Assembly (NCBI RefSeq): GCF_018350175.1
Contig: NC_058369.1
Coordinates: forward strand, 157,127,785 to 157,172,000
Length of the DNA: 44,216 nucleotides
Source: Felis catus
Lineage: Eukaryota
Direction of reading: 5' to 3'
The position numbers and the translations under genes are program-made. The first letter of the stretch is position 1. Every line of letters starts with the position of its first letter. Shown here one piece after another: positions 12,701 to 24,594 of this stretch. Under the pieces are notes generated by a model. That model was not told where the DNA came from, searched no databases, and worked only from the letters and a program-made list of their open reading frames with translations.

Positions 12701-15700
12701 AGGTGAAGCGCTGAAGGTCACTTTGTGTTTTTAAACGGGATACGGTCGCTGGGTCCAGGTCGAGCCTTTATATTCTAAGGCAGTGGTTTCCCACGGCGGT
12801 TTGGAAGAAGACGGGTAACTCCAAAGTATCAAAGAGAATTCCATGGCACTGCCACCACTTTTGGGGGCCTGAGAGTGAAAAGTTTGGAAGCCGTCCACAG
12901 AAAGATCCTGCGATCGATTTCTTGGGACGGAGCAAAGTTCATGGGATCGATTTCTAGCAATGGAATTTAGGGTATCCACAGAACCCCTACTCTGCGCTTA
13001 GCCATCTTCACTCTCTCCATCTGACACAATGGCTCCCCATCTCTGCCTCTGCAGGTCCTGTGCCGATATAAGAAGCTCTGGAACATCAACCTGCAGTTGC
13101 GCCCGAGCCTCATTGCAGCGATCATGAAAGACAGCGGTGTGAAGGCGGTCGCCTCTGGGACCGAGATTTGAGGGAGGGATGGCTTCAATTGGGTCTTTAC
13201 ATTGGCACCTGTAGCTCATAATCTGCCCTCTGGTCAAAACCCAGGTAGCCGGCCCCCAAGCCTGGGACCCTCACGTGGTCTCTCACCAATGTCCCCAAAT
13301 TTCCATTTGCAGGAAACCAGCCGCCAGCTCTGCTTCCCCGCAAAGCCCAATACCTGCAAAATGACATCAGGCTCCTGGGACAGCAGATCCAGGTTCCCAT
13401 CCAGTTCCCCAAGGATTTCTTCTCTGTGATCCTTGAAAAAGGTGAAGACAGTGGGATACAGAAGGGGTATCTAGTGAAAGGCAGCGCATTTGGAAACCAG
13501 TGGCAAGAAGTAAGGGCTGGCAACCACATGAAACTGAAACAAACCTGAGCAAAACGCTGGTCAGAGTTGAGTCAGCAGAAGCTTATGGGGACAGAAGGGG
13601 AGAAAGAGCAGGTCAAATTGGCTATGAGAAATTTGGGTGGGAGGCTGAGGGCAACTGAGCTCTGGGGATGTCAGAAGCATGAAAGAGCTGGTCCTTCATC
13701 AGAAACAAGCCAGGAGAGCCCACCTCTGAGTACTTCTGTCCTGCAGGAAGTTTATCAGCCATGCGATTCCTCACCGCTGTGAACCTGGAGCACCCAAAGA
13801 TGCTGGAGAAAGTGTCCAGAGAACTATGGATGCGCGTCTGGTCACGAGTGAGGACAGAACTCTGGGAACCTGCTTGGGAGACCCTGGGTGGTGTTCTGAC
13901 CCCTCCCCCAGAACCATTTCCAGCATCCTGGTCCTGCCTTTCCCTCTTGTTCACTGGCCTACTTGTCCCCCATCTCTGCCCTCTCCACCTCCTTCCTGCT
14001 GAGTGTTCTCTTCTTCTCAGGATGAAGACATCTCGGAGCCCAAGAGCATCCTGGCTGTGAGTATCCTGGCTTGTCCCCACTCCTCTCATAGCAAAGCTGA
14101 GAACAGTTGGTGTTTAGGGGCAGAGAGGGCACAGATTTCATATTCAGTGCAAAAGGTCATAGTTATTAGGGGAGAAAGCAGGTCTGTGTTTGAGAAGCCA
14201 AATTACTGAAAGGTTGGAACCAGGAGGACACTCAGAAGATTATCTCATGGTTGAAAGGGGAAGTGCAAACTTCTGCATGGGTAGAATTTATCTCATGAAA
14301 GGAGTCAGTGGGAGAGAGCTGTTAAATGGTGGCATCCCCAGATGGGGAGGGATGAAGCATTGGCAATCTTGGCCCCAGAGACTCCAACACAGACCACACC
14401 AACATAGCCAGAGTAGAAAGCAGGAGACTTTACAGACAGACTTTAAAAAGACTAAAAGAGATAACCGGCTCAAGCCAGAATTACACAAAAGCCTGAGTGA
14501 AAACAAATAGAAATAGCTCAAAACATTGGAATGTGTGCCAGCCATCGATGAGGTATATAAAAACTTAAGTTTTTCATTGGAATTAAATCGGGAAATTCAA
14601 AATAATATTTCCCCTGCAGTTTACAAAATGATAGTCGAAGCATATTCAGATTTAATACATAAGATGGCAAATCACCAAAAGTACACATACAAAGAATGGC
14701 CAATATATTCCTCCACTGTTTTTATTCCTGCAGAGTATATGCCCAGGCTTGCCTTTCCACTTATGAACGATCCTTTTCCATGCCATCATAAACTCTTTGA
14801 AAGTACCATTCTTAGTTTCTACGTAGCATTGCATTCAGTGGGCAATTTTGTTTTTTTGTTTTTGAAGCATTTTGTTTACTTAACCATTCCCCTGTTGTTG
14901 AACATTTGGTCTGGAACGCAATTCTCTCACGTAGACAAGTACAAGAAAGATAGTGTCACATTAGAATACACTGCACAACTTTGTGTTTCCTTCTCCAGGT
15001 TGAGGAGGTCAGGCTGCAGTGGTTCTCATCCTCAGCTGTATATTTAAGTCCCCTAGAGCACCTGGACACTGCCTACCAAAAGTTCTGATGTAATTGTTCC
15101 AGGGGGTGACTTGTGAATGGGATTTTTTAAAAGCTCCCTCGGGAGATTCTAACGTGCAGCCAAAGTTAAGAACCCCTAATCCCAAACGATACCAACAAAC
15201 CCCATACTGAAGCCTTTGTTATTGTTAGCCATGCAGGAAGCTGTATCCCTGTGTTCTGCTCAGAAGTCCTCCAGAAATTCCATGAGAATTTGTAGCCTAG
15301 CCCTTGAGTCAGAAGAGCACAAGATATTCAAGAATTCTGAGAAATAAGAAGGCAAGAGCCCAGACTTACTGTCAGGGGACCTGGATTCTAGCATTGGCTC
15401 CGCCACTAACAAGCTCTTTAATGCCAACCAAGTCATGGACTACCTCTAGATAACAGTCCCTTCACTGGTTTCTAAGATGCCCCCTGGCTTTAAATTTCTA
15501 CAGCTATGACTCTGCCACCTGTTCTTTCCACCAGTCTCAAGATTTTGCCCCTCTTAGCAAAGCTAGACCTCCACTTGTGGGTGGGCAAAGGCCTTACCAT
15601 GAAGATGGGAGCAGAAAATAAAAAGACCAGAATTTTCTGGTCCCACTAATTCAGACACAGTTGTGTTCCCTACCACATGCCCTCAGGCTGCAGAGAAAGC

Positions 15701-16559
15701 TGGCATGTCTACAGAACAAGCCCAGGGACTTCTGGAAAAGATCTCAACACCAAAGGTGAAGAACGAGCTCAGGGATACCACCAACGCAGCCTGCAAATAC
15801 GGGGTGAGCAACTCCTGATGTGGGTCCCCAGCCCCAGTGCTGGAGACAGGATGAGAATCTGCTGGGTCCCCATGCACCTGTCCCAGAAGTTGCTCCCAGC
15901 ATGAGTCCTCCCAGCTCCCAGTCAACCCTCATCCTCTCCCTTCCCATCCCATAGTCCATGGAGAAAAAGGGAGGGAGCTGGATGGCAAGAAGAAAGACAA
16001 CATCTGAGAGTTAAAACCAGAAAACTCATTAGAGCCAAGGAACTTCTTAGCAATCACATCTTTGGCTACTTTGCTTCTATGACCTCAGACAAGTATTGAC
16101 CCTTAGCCTTTGACCCCAGCCTAATAAACACCTGCTCCATCACTGCTTTCTCCAGGCCTTTGGGCTGCCTGTCACCGTGGCCCATCTGGATGGCCAAACC
16201 CACATGCTGTTTGGCTCTGACCGGATGGAGTTGCTGGCACACCTGCTGGGTAAGTTACAGGTTCGTGGTGAGCTGCCCTTGACCCCAGCCCCACCCCATT
16301 ATATCAGTGGACCAGAATGACAGATGTAGAGCAAAACATATTCTATGCATTTCCAACAATGAAGCCTCATACACAGGGGTCCTCAAGGTTGAATGGGGAG
16401 AGGCCACCTTCACCCCCACAGAAAAGAAGGAAGCCAAGCAGAGGTCTCCTTAGAAAACCCCTGAGGCTTGTGGGGCCAGCCTCTAACATATGTGATTTTC
16501 TCCATCTAGGAGAGAAGTGGATGGGCCCTGTGCCTCCAGCCATAAATGCCAAAATTTAA
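12498..16559 (+). CDS. GSTK1: Glutathione S-transferase kappa 1 (DsbA-like fold), complete 8-exon CDS, 226 aa
   Basis: join(12498..12569,13055..13136,13313..13441,13747..13847,14021..14056,15687..15803,16156..16249,16510..16559) = 681 nt. All introns are GT..AG and the frame is continuous. Protein: [24 protein letters not shown] (catalytic Ser16)...KYGAFGLP...[30 protein letters not shown]. Confidence 0.98.
13055..13136 (+). CDS. GSTK1: GSTK1 exon 2
   Basis: ctctgcag|; [27 protein letters not shown](G); donor G|gtgtga. Confidence 0.95.
13313..13441 (+). CDS. GSTK1: GSTK1 exon 3
   Basis: tttgcag|; [42 protein letters not shown](G); donor gtgaag. Confidence 0.95.
13747..13847 (+). CDS. GSTK1: GSTK1 exon 4
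   Basis: cctgcag|; [33 protein letters not shown]; donor gtgagg. Confidence 0.96.
14021..14056 (+). CDS. GSTK1: GSTK1 exon 5
   Basis: ttcttctcag|; [12 protein letters not shown]; donor gtgagt. Confidence 0.95.
15017..15178. mobile_element. MER5-like hAT-Charlie MITE
   Basis: cagtggttctca...ttttaaaagctccc...gattctaacgtgcagccaaagttaagaacc. Confidence 0.75.
15687..15803 (+). CDS. GSTK1: GSTK1 exon 6
   Basis: ccctcag|; [39 protein letters not shown]; donor gtgagc. Confidence 0.96.
16156..16249 (+). CDS. GSTK1: GSTK1 exon 7
   Basis: tctccag|; [31 protein letters not shown](G); donor gtaagt. Confidence 0.96.
16510..16559 (+). CDS. GSTK1: GSTK1 exon 8, coding part
   Basis: ccatctag|; [15 protein letters not shown] then TAA. 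Confidence 0.96.
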
Positions 16560-16587
16560 GGATGGCCAAGGGAAGCAAAACTACTGG

Positions 16588-16593
16588 AATAAA
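16588..16593 (+). terminator. Proximal GSTK1 polyadenylation signal
   Basis: AATAAA about 30 nt after the stop codon. Confidence 0.55.
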
Positions 16594-16785
16594 AAAGTAG
16601 ATAATCTGCTTATGCTTCTTCCACTAGCATTCTGGTTTTCCTGTCTGACAGCGGTTCCTCTGTGGCCCTGGGGGATGCCGGGGAGGGGGACTGCGTGTTA
16701 CATCATCTACCTTAGTCTCGTGACTGCTTTTACTTGCGTGCCTCACAAGTGCCTTTCAAGAGCCCCAAACTCTACTTTCTCTCAG

Positions 16786-16791
16786 AATAAA
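16786..16791 (+). terminator. Distal GSTK1 polyadenylation signal
   Basis: AATAAA followed by a GT-rich downstream element (tgtgtcctgtctggtgtttgtgtgtt, about 16818-16845). Confidence 0.7.
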
Positions 16792-18475
16792 CCTAACATC
16801 ATCAGGCAGAATATTTCTGTGTCCTGTCTGGTGTTTGTGTGTTCTTCCTACTGTCATATTCTGTCCACTCTGGGTGTTTCTAAACAGCTTTTTCCATACT
16901 GCCAGCCCCGCTGCTCCCCTCAGGGCAGCTTGTGTGGAAGGAGCAGGAAACCATCCCTCTTCAGGGACCGAAAACTAACCAGTTTGGTACCTACTGCCTT
17001 CTAACCGGTCATGGTGCCTGAGAGGGAGCCAGAGCATGGCTGAGCTTCTACCCAGATATTTGAACAGCTCCAGCCACACTGACCAGCAGAACAAGGGCAA
17101 GGCAGCACAGGGAGACAGGCTGGAGTTGCCATGGCCTGGGCAAGGTGCTCATCCCACAGAGTTCCCTCACCCACAAAGCAGATTTCGAGAAAATCCCAGG
17201 GCCTCTCTCCCTGGAACCCCTGTTCCTTCCCATACAAACCTATAGCTTTCCCACTCCCTCAATTATTTATCCAAAGGCCCGGCTCTGTTTGTGCCAGCTA
17301 TGCAGTAATCAGAATACCTTGTGTTTCAACAATCTTTGGACTTCTTTGAGAATACTCTTTATTCAAAGCTGAAACCACACTTAGGCATCTGTTGGAAACC
17401 AGGTGTGGAGTTTTTGATGGCTCAAAGGTTGAGAGGCTTTAAGAGGGGATGCCTTGTTCCCTCCCTCTGGCTCTTTCTAATCTCCAAGCTCATTTGCCCC
17501 TTTTATTCCCCATCATTTTCTGTCTTCCTCCTCTCCTTTTCCATTATTCCAGCATACTCTTGGATTTCAAGTTATCCTTACTAGGCTTAGCTGCTAACTA
17601 ACCAGAAGTACATCTCCAAGTACACACTCTGTCTTTCAAAAGAGATATCATGACATGTACATCTAATATTAATTTAAAATACGGGGAAATGTCCAATAGT
17701 AAGAAACCTAAGAGCAAATTAAAATGTTACGTCTCATGTATTTAGGTTATATATTCAAGTATATAGAAGTTCTCATCTATGCTGAGAAGACAGTAGTGGA
17801 GACAAAGTTTTATGAATAAAGGTGCTGATCTCAGCACTGTTTGTGATATCAAGTACCTTAAATATCTAACAATAGGCAGACGCTTGAATAAGTTATGGTA
17901 CATCCAGGATGTAATGTTTCATAACTCTCAAAAATTACACTTGTAAAGAATTTTAATGCTGGAAATTCTTGGGATATATTATTAATTGGAAAAAAGATCA
18001 AACTACATGGTATGATCTCAATTACATGTTGACTTATAAAAATATATTACAGAGGAAATCAATTTATTAATCCTGGAATAAAATATGCCAAGATGTTTCC
18101 ATTTCATTTGTAGACTTTTTGAAATGATCATCTTTTCTGGCAAACAAAAATGTATATATTTAATGAAAAAATACAAGAACTTCTGGATTCACATTTGGCT
18201 ACAATTGTGCATCCTTCCCATTGTTTTTGAAACATTATCAGTTGCTTAACTTAATCCCAAATTTTATCCCAGGCTAATGTGAACTAATCTCTTACTGTAG
18301 ACGCAGGCATTTCCCAGGTCTGCCCAGTCTTCCTTCAAAGAGTCTAACATCCTATTTTCCTAATCCAATAGTAAATGTAATCTTCTCTGGAGGAATGAGA
18401 CAATTTCTAGACTAAACCTTACAAACACGCTCTGGATTATAATGTCTGAACTTCTGCCAAATAGAATCCGAAACA

Positions 18476-18861
18476 AGTGTTCTCCAAAGAAACAGAAACA
18501 GTACTACCCCTGAAATCATTGTTGCATTATATGCTAACTAACTTGGATGTAAATTTTAAAAAATAATAAAATTTTTAAAAACATAAAAAAAAAAAAACAG
18601 AAACAATAGGGTATTTACCCATGTATATAAAAGAGATCTATTATCAGGGGTTGGCTTACATGACTATGGAGGCTAAGAAGTTCCACGATCTGCCATCTGC
18701 AAGCTGGAGGCCTGGGAAAGCGGGCTGGTGGTGCAGTTCCAATCCAGAATCCAAAGCCTGAGAACCAGCAGCACCTGTGTCTGAGGGCAACAGAACATGC
18801 ATGTCTCAGTTCAAACAGAAAGAACAAGTTTGCCCTTTGCTTTTTTGTGCCATTCAGGCCC
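18476..18861 (-). mobile_element. MLT2-type ERVL LTR containing a roughly 90-bp L1 3' end (about 18504-18594, + strand)
   Basis: gttctccaaagaaacagaaac...atggaggctaagaagttccacgatctgccatctgcaagctggag...cctgagaacca...attcaggccc. The insert matches the L1 end at 3500-3560 and has TSD aaacagaaacaRta. Confidence 0.85.
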
Positions 18862-19052
18862 NNNNNNNNNNNNNNNNNNNNNNNNNNNNNNNNNNNNNNN
18901 NNNNNNNNNNNNNNNNNNNNNNNNNNNNNNNNNNNNNNNNNNNNNNNNNNNNNNNNNNNNNNNNNNNNNNNNNNNNNNNNNNNNNNNNNNNNNNNNNNNN
19001 NNNNNNNNNNNNNNNNNNNNNNNNNNNNNNNNNNNNNNNNNNNNNNNNNNNN
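18862..19052. other. Assembly gap, 191 N
   Basis: Run of N. Confidence 1.
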
Positions 19053-19489
19053 AGCCCCCAAATGCAGCTGTATTTTTAAAATAAAGGAACACTCTTCTAA
19101 TCCAAAAAGCTTCATACTTAGTTCCTTCCTCTCCTCCCCTTGTGATCAATAGTTGTAGTGTAATATAAAATTCATAGTTATGTCAATACTTAAAATACTG
19201 AACCACTATCTTGCACTGGAGTTCAAATTCCAGGCTTACCAAATAACATTATACTTCTAAAACAAACTTAGGTAGAACTTCTAGAATGGTATTTTTTGAC
19301 AGACTCGAAACACAAGTGTTAACAAACAACAAAAAGTATCACATGCATGTGGTAAAACAAAACAAAAAAAAAAAAAACCAGCAAGCTATCAAGTGAAGAG
19401 TCTCCCCTTTTTCATTTCCATTTGTACTCTCTGGTTTTTTTGTGTGTACCCAGAAATGTTTGTATTTTTTAACACATGAATGTCAGCCA

Positions 19490-20400
19490 TAAGTCAGTGA
19501 TTCAATATACCCTTCATCCAGTTTCCCCAATGGTAACATCTTGCACAGCTATAGTATAGTGACACAAACAGAACATTGACATTGACGCGATCCATCAACC
19601 CTATTCAGATTTCATCGGTTTTTCGTGCACTCATTTGTGTATATTTAGTTCTGTATTATTTTATTGTGTATGTGACCACCATCACAAGATATGAAATATT
19701 TTGAGCATAAAGGATCCTCATGCTCCCCCTTTTATAGCTAGGGCCACCTGCCCTCCCCACTTCTCTAAGCCCTACCAATGACCAATCTGTTCTTCGTATA
19801 GTTTTGTCACTTCAAGAGTGCTATATAAATGGAATCAGATTGGCTTATTTTCACTCAGCATATTCCCTTCAGATCCACACAAGGTGTTGCGTGTCTCTGG
19901 TTCTTTTTATTGCTGAGAAGTAGTCCGGGTATGGATGTGCCAATTTGTTTAACCTGTTGAAGGACACTTAGGGTGTTTCCAGTTTGGGGCTATTACAAAT
20001 AGACCTGGTATGAATATTCTTGTACAGGTTTTTGTGTGCACACAAATTTTTGTTTTTCTGGGGTAAATGCCCAGGAGTACAGTTGCTGAGTCATATAAGA
20101 AGTGCATGTTTAGTTTTATAAGAAACTGCTATACTTTTCCTAAGTGGCCATGCCACTAGAAATGCACGAGTGATCCAGTTTCTCTGCATCCTCACCAGCA
20201 TTTGGTGTTACTGGTATTTTTTTATTTTAGCCATTCTGATAGATGTGTAGTGATAGCTCACTGTAATTTTAATCTGCATTTCCCTAAGGGCTCATGAACA
20301 TCTTTTTGTGTATGCTTTGCCATCTGTACATCCTCTCCAGTGAAATATCTGTTCGTGCCTTTTGCCCATTTTCTAACTGGATTGACTGTTTTTGAAATGT
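19490..20400 (-). mobile_element. Old L1 (L1MB-like) 3' fragment, antisense
   Basis: tttccagtttggggctattacaaata...catcctcaccagcatttggtg...ttttagccattctgatagatgtgtagtgata...ttttaatctgcatttccctaa. Confidence 0.88.
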
Positions 20401-20608
20401 CAATATTGTTCTTAATAGTATATTTTAAAAGAATGTACATTTTAAGACAACTGAGGGAAAGTAACAGAGACTGGATATTAGGTGATACTAAGGAATTAAG
20501 TGTGATAATGGCAGGGTGGCATGCACGAGTAAGTTCTCATCAATTGGAATTGCATTCTGAAACATTTAGGGTAGAGGTGACGTGCTGCCTTTTAAAAAGT
20601 TGGGGAGG

Positions 20609-20763
20609 TGGGGCACCTGGGTGGTTCAGCTGGTTGAGCATCCAGCTCTTGATTTCTGCTCAGGTCATGATCCCAGGGTTGTGGGATCAAGCCCCAGTGT
20701 TAGACTCAATGCAAGTGTGGAGCCTGCTTAAGATTCTCCCTTCTTCCCTCCCTCACTCCCTCC

Positions 20764-20804
<41 letters not shown>

Positions 20805-21253
20805 CTTCTGCCCCTCCCCCCGCAATGAAAAAAGTGAGGGAGGTGGAAAAAACAGATGAGACGATTGTTGAAGCTGAGTGATGGGTACATGAAGAGTTCA
20901 TTATACTATTCTTTCCTCATTTATGTGTGTTGGGATTATTTCCATAATAATGTCTTGAAAGTGTACTGAGGGGTACCTGGCTGGCTCAGTCAGTGGAGTT
21001 TATGACTCTTGATCTCAGGGCCATCAGTTCAAGCCCCACATTGGGTGTAGAAATTACTTTAAAAAAGGGGGGGAGGTGCCTGGGTGGCTCAGTCAGTTAA
21101 GTATCCAATTCTTGGTTTTGGCTCAGGTCATTATCTCACGGTTCATGAGACTGAGCCCCGCATCAGGCTCCATGCTGACAGCACCGGACAGCATGCTTGG
21201 GATTCTTCCTCTCTCCCTCTCTCTCTCTCTCTGCCCCTCCCCTGCTCGCAAGG

Positions 21254-21291
<38 letters not shown>

Positions 21292-21310
21292 AGTAAATAA
21301 ATAAACTTAA
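20609..21310 (+). mobile_element. Three Can-SINEs (about 20609-20835, 20970-21066, 21067-21310)
   Basis: Three SINE heads with (CT)n and A-tails. Confidence 0.9.
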
Positions 21311-21377
21311 AAAATGTACTGAAATTTAAATTCTGTGATATTACACATTTTCACATATCCCCACAGTACTGTGCACA

Positions 21378-21545
21378 CAAGGTCAGCCTCAAGGACTTGC
21401 ATCCTGTGCACTCACACAGGGCCCCATGACTGGTTTGATGCTCTGCCAGCACTGTCTTGCAATCCTTCATAATTTTGAGCAAGCGGCCCTGCATTTTCAG
21501 TTTGCACTGGACCCAACAAACTATGTACTGTATGTAGCTGCCCTG
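21378..21545. mobile_element. MER91-like hAT MITE
   Basis: cacacagggcccc...gccctgcattttcagtttgcactggaccc...tatgtagctgccctg; 8-bp TSD tgtgcaca / tgagcaca. Confidence 0.8.
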
Positions 21546-22235
21546 TGAGCACATAATACATGCTGAATAAATTCTTACCAAACAAATGGACCAAAGAAAA
21601 GAGGAGAAAGTGAGAGAAGGGAAAAAGAGATGGGAGGTGGCAAAAGAAGAAGGAGATAACAAGGTCACAGAGGAGATGGGGGAAGTCTCAAGGTAGAAAA
21701 GGTGAACAGGAATTCCAGAAAATGACGCTGCCGGGGAAGTGCACGGAGAAAGTAGGAGTCCAACTGGAAGACGGGGACTTGGGGCCCATTATTTATCATT
21801 CTCCTTCTCAGAGGAAGCCTAGTCCTTCATTTGACTATGATTCCCAGGTATAAGCAGAAGTGAAATCAGAAAGAAGTAGCCACTTGTACCCCAGGGAATT
21901 GGCGGCAGGGAGGCCAACTGGATGCTGTTCCTCACTCATCCCGTGACCTTAATCCCAGAGAGTTCCTTCAATGTGTTCACAAACGGGAAAACTGAAACCC
22001 CTGGCTTGGGTCAGACTAATTCCCTCTTCTGCCAAGCCCATGTTCAAGGGTATGGCTGGTGCTAGCTGATGCCAGACCAAAAAAGACTGGAAAAGAGGGG
22101 GAGACAATTGAGGGAGGATCAAGGGATCCAAAGATCATGAATCACTAAATCAGGAAATATTTACTACCAACAAATGATACAAGCATTTATTGTCTACTCC
22201 ATGCATAATGATGAGATGGACATAAAGAGAGTGTA

Positions 22236-22460
22236 GGGGCACCTGGGTGGCTCAGCGGTTAAGCATCAGACTCTTGATTTAGGCTCAGGTCATGATCTCA
22301 CAGTTCTCAGGATCAATCCCAGAGTTCGGCTCTGCTCCGAGAGTGTGGAGCCTCCTTGGGACTCTCTCCCTCTCTCTCTGCCCCTCCCCTGCTCACAAGT
22401 GCACGCATGCACGCACACACTTTCTCTCTCTCTCAAGATAATAAACATTTTTTTTAAAAA
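22236..22460 (+). mobile_element. Can-SINE
   Basis: ggggcacctgggtggctcag head; TSD-like gagtgta flanks. Confidence 0.9.
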
Positions 22461-22886
22461 GGAGTGTAAACAAACCCCCTTTATATCCGTGATGTGTTCC
22501 TGATCCCCACCCTTGTCAGCACCAAGTTTCTACTCTCAGCAGCACTTTGTACCTTGTCCCTTTGTATCCTGCCCTACGGTTAGTCATGTACACGCCTTTC
22601 CCCTTAGGGACAGTAAGCTCTTTGAGAGTGATATTCCTGTCAGATCTACTGAATATGCCTTGGAGTGTCCTGTGTAGCAAGTGAACAGTAAAAATTTATT
22701 GAACCCAAGTTTGATAACTCACTGTTGATCAGGGTGTGGGCCAATAGGTAACCCCGCAATGTGAGTAGGAGTGTGAATATTTACAACTCCTTTCGAGAGC
22801 CACATGGTGGTATCTATTAGAAACTTCACTTTCAGGATTTTTTCTGAATCACACATATGAATAAAAATACGTATAGGAATATATGA

Positions 22887-22990
22887 GGGCAACTGGCTGG
22901 CTCAGTCTTGATAGAGCATGTGACTTGATCTCAGGTCTTGAGACACATTGCATGTGGAGCCTACTTAAAATAAAATTAAAAAAAAAGAAA
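22887..22990 (+). mobile_element. Short, internally deleted Can-SINE
   Basis: ctggctggctcagtc...agagcatgtgacttgatctcagg...gagcctacttaaaa. Confidence 0.75.
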
Positions 22991-23475
22991 TATATGAATT
23001 GCAAAATCCTGGAAACAAACTAACTGGTTATCAGATAATTAAATGTTTATGGTTCAATAAATTGTTGTTCCATAAAACAGAAACCATTTTTAAGAATATA
23101 GTAGATGGAAAAAAAAAACCAAAACAGTGGTTGCCTATGGGGTTGACTGAAGGGGGCTTGCAGGGAACTTTGGATGATAGTAGCGTTTTGTATCTTGATT
23201 GGAATTTGGGTTACACAAGTATAAGTCTTTATCAAAACTTATGGAATTGCCCACTGAAAATTTGTGCATTTTACTGTAGACCAATCTTATTTAAAAAGAA
23301 AACAAGTTAACTAATATTTAACTCTAGTTACTTTTATGCATGAAAAAAAGTTAAATAGCTTATCAAAGGTCACACAGTTAGTAATTGGTAGAAATGAGAT
23401 TTGAAACCTGGTCTGGCCATCTCCAAAAATATGTGCTTAACCGCAACCACGATACCTTCTTGTCTTCTCTTATTT

Positions 23476-23701
23476 TTTTTTTTAATTTTTTTTTTCAACT
23501 TTTTAAATTTATTTTTGGGACAGAGAGAGACAGAGCATGAACGGGGGAGGGGCAGAGAGAGAGGGAGACACAGAATCGGAAACAGGCTCCAGGCTCTGAG
23601 CCATCAGCCCAGAGCCTGACGCGGGGCTCGAACTCACAGACCGCGAGATCGTGACCTGGCTGAAGTCGGACGCTTAACCGACTGCGCCACCCAGGCGCCC
23701 C
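23476..23701 (-). mobile_element. Young felid Can-SINE (SINEC_Fc type)
   Basis: CpG-rich near-consensus copy; perfect 16-bp TSD ttgtcttctcttattt. Confidence 0.95.
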
Positions 23702-24594
23702 TTGTCTTCTCTTATTTAGGGACATATTCATGTGGGACATTTTTGCCACTATCTACAGACATCTTTTATAAACACAATGTATTATTTGTACTGGGCAACA
23801 ATTACACTCAACTTCTCAAATTTGAGAATCACTTTTGTGGCTTAGTGCTGAATATCTGAGCTAGAGGGACAGCCTGAACCTCATATTCACTCAGCACATT
23901 GCCAGTGAGCTTTGTGTGGTATTACAACTAGTTGCTAAGTGATAACGTGTATTTATCCTTACATACTTGAGAACTTATGATTTATCGGAAGCATTTCCAT
24001 TCAAGAAATATCAATGATGCTGATACAATTCACATTAAATCATTTATCCCCTTCCCTACACATTTGAAAGAGCGGTGGGTAAGGCAGCTAACACAGAGAA
24101 AAACACTTTCAACTGAGTTAGAAGGTCAAGATTCTGAGTTTGACTCTAACTAAATAAATCATGTACTTTCTCTGAGCTGGTTTCCTCCTCTGTAACATGA
24201 AAATGATAATCAGACTTACCTACATGACTGTTATTAAGGATCAAATGAGATTGGACCAAATTGTTTCTACACATACACATTCCCACCTACACCCTTTAAA
24301 AAAAAGTCACCCGCACATTGGGCTTCTAGAGCTATTCAGGTAAGAGCCTTATCTTTTGTAATCACTCTTAATTAGCTCCTAAAAGATAAACATATCTGCT
24401 ACAGAGCCTGAAATCTCAATTTCCATTCTTGCCTTATATGTTGATAACCTTACTTAATCTTCTCATAATCTCTTTTGCTGCCTTTGCTGTCAGAAGGTCA
24501 GCCTTTTCTTAAGATGCCAAACAATGAGGAAAATAGCATCTAACCACTCCTCCATGGAAACCCCAGAGTAATGATCTCAGAATGTCATAAGTAT

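Noticed and set aside
14526-15047. 173-aa ORF in GSTK1 intron 5
   Set aside because: Starts at TTG, has no recognisable domain, and runs through antisense L1-like remnants into a MER5-like element.
16546-17004. 152-aa ORF overlapping the GSTK1 stop
   Set aside because: Crosses both poly(A) signals, has no promoter or splice support and no recognisable homology.
18615-19152. Five ORFs spanning the gap
   Set aside because: Artefacts of translating 191 Ns.
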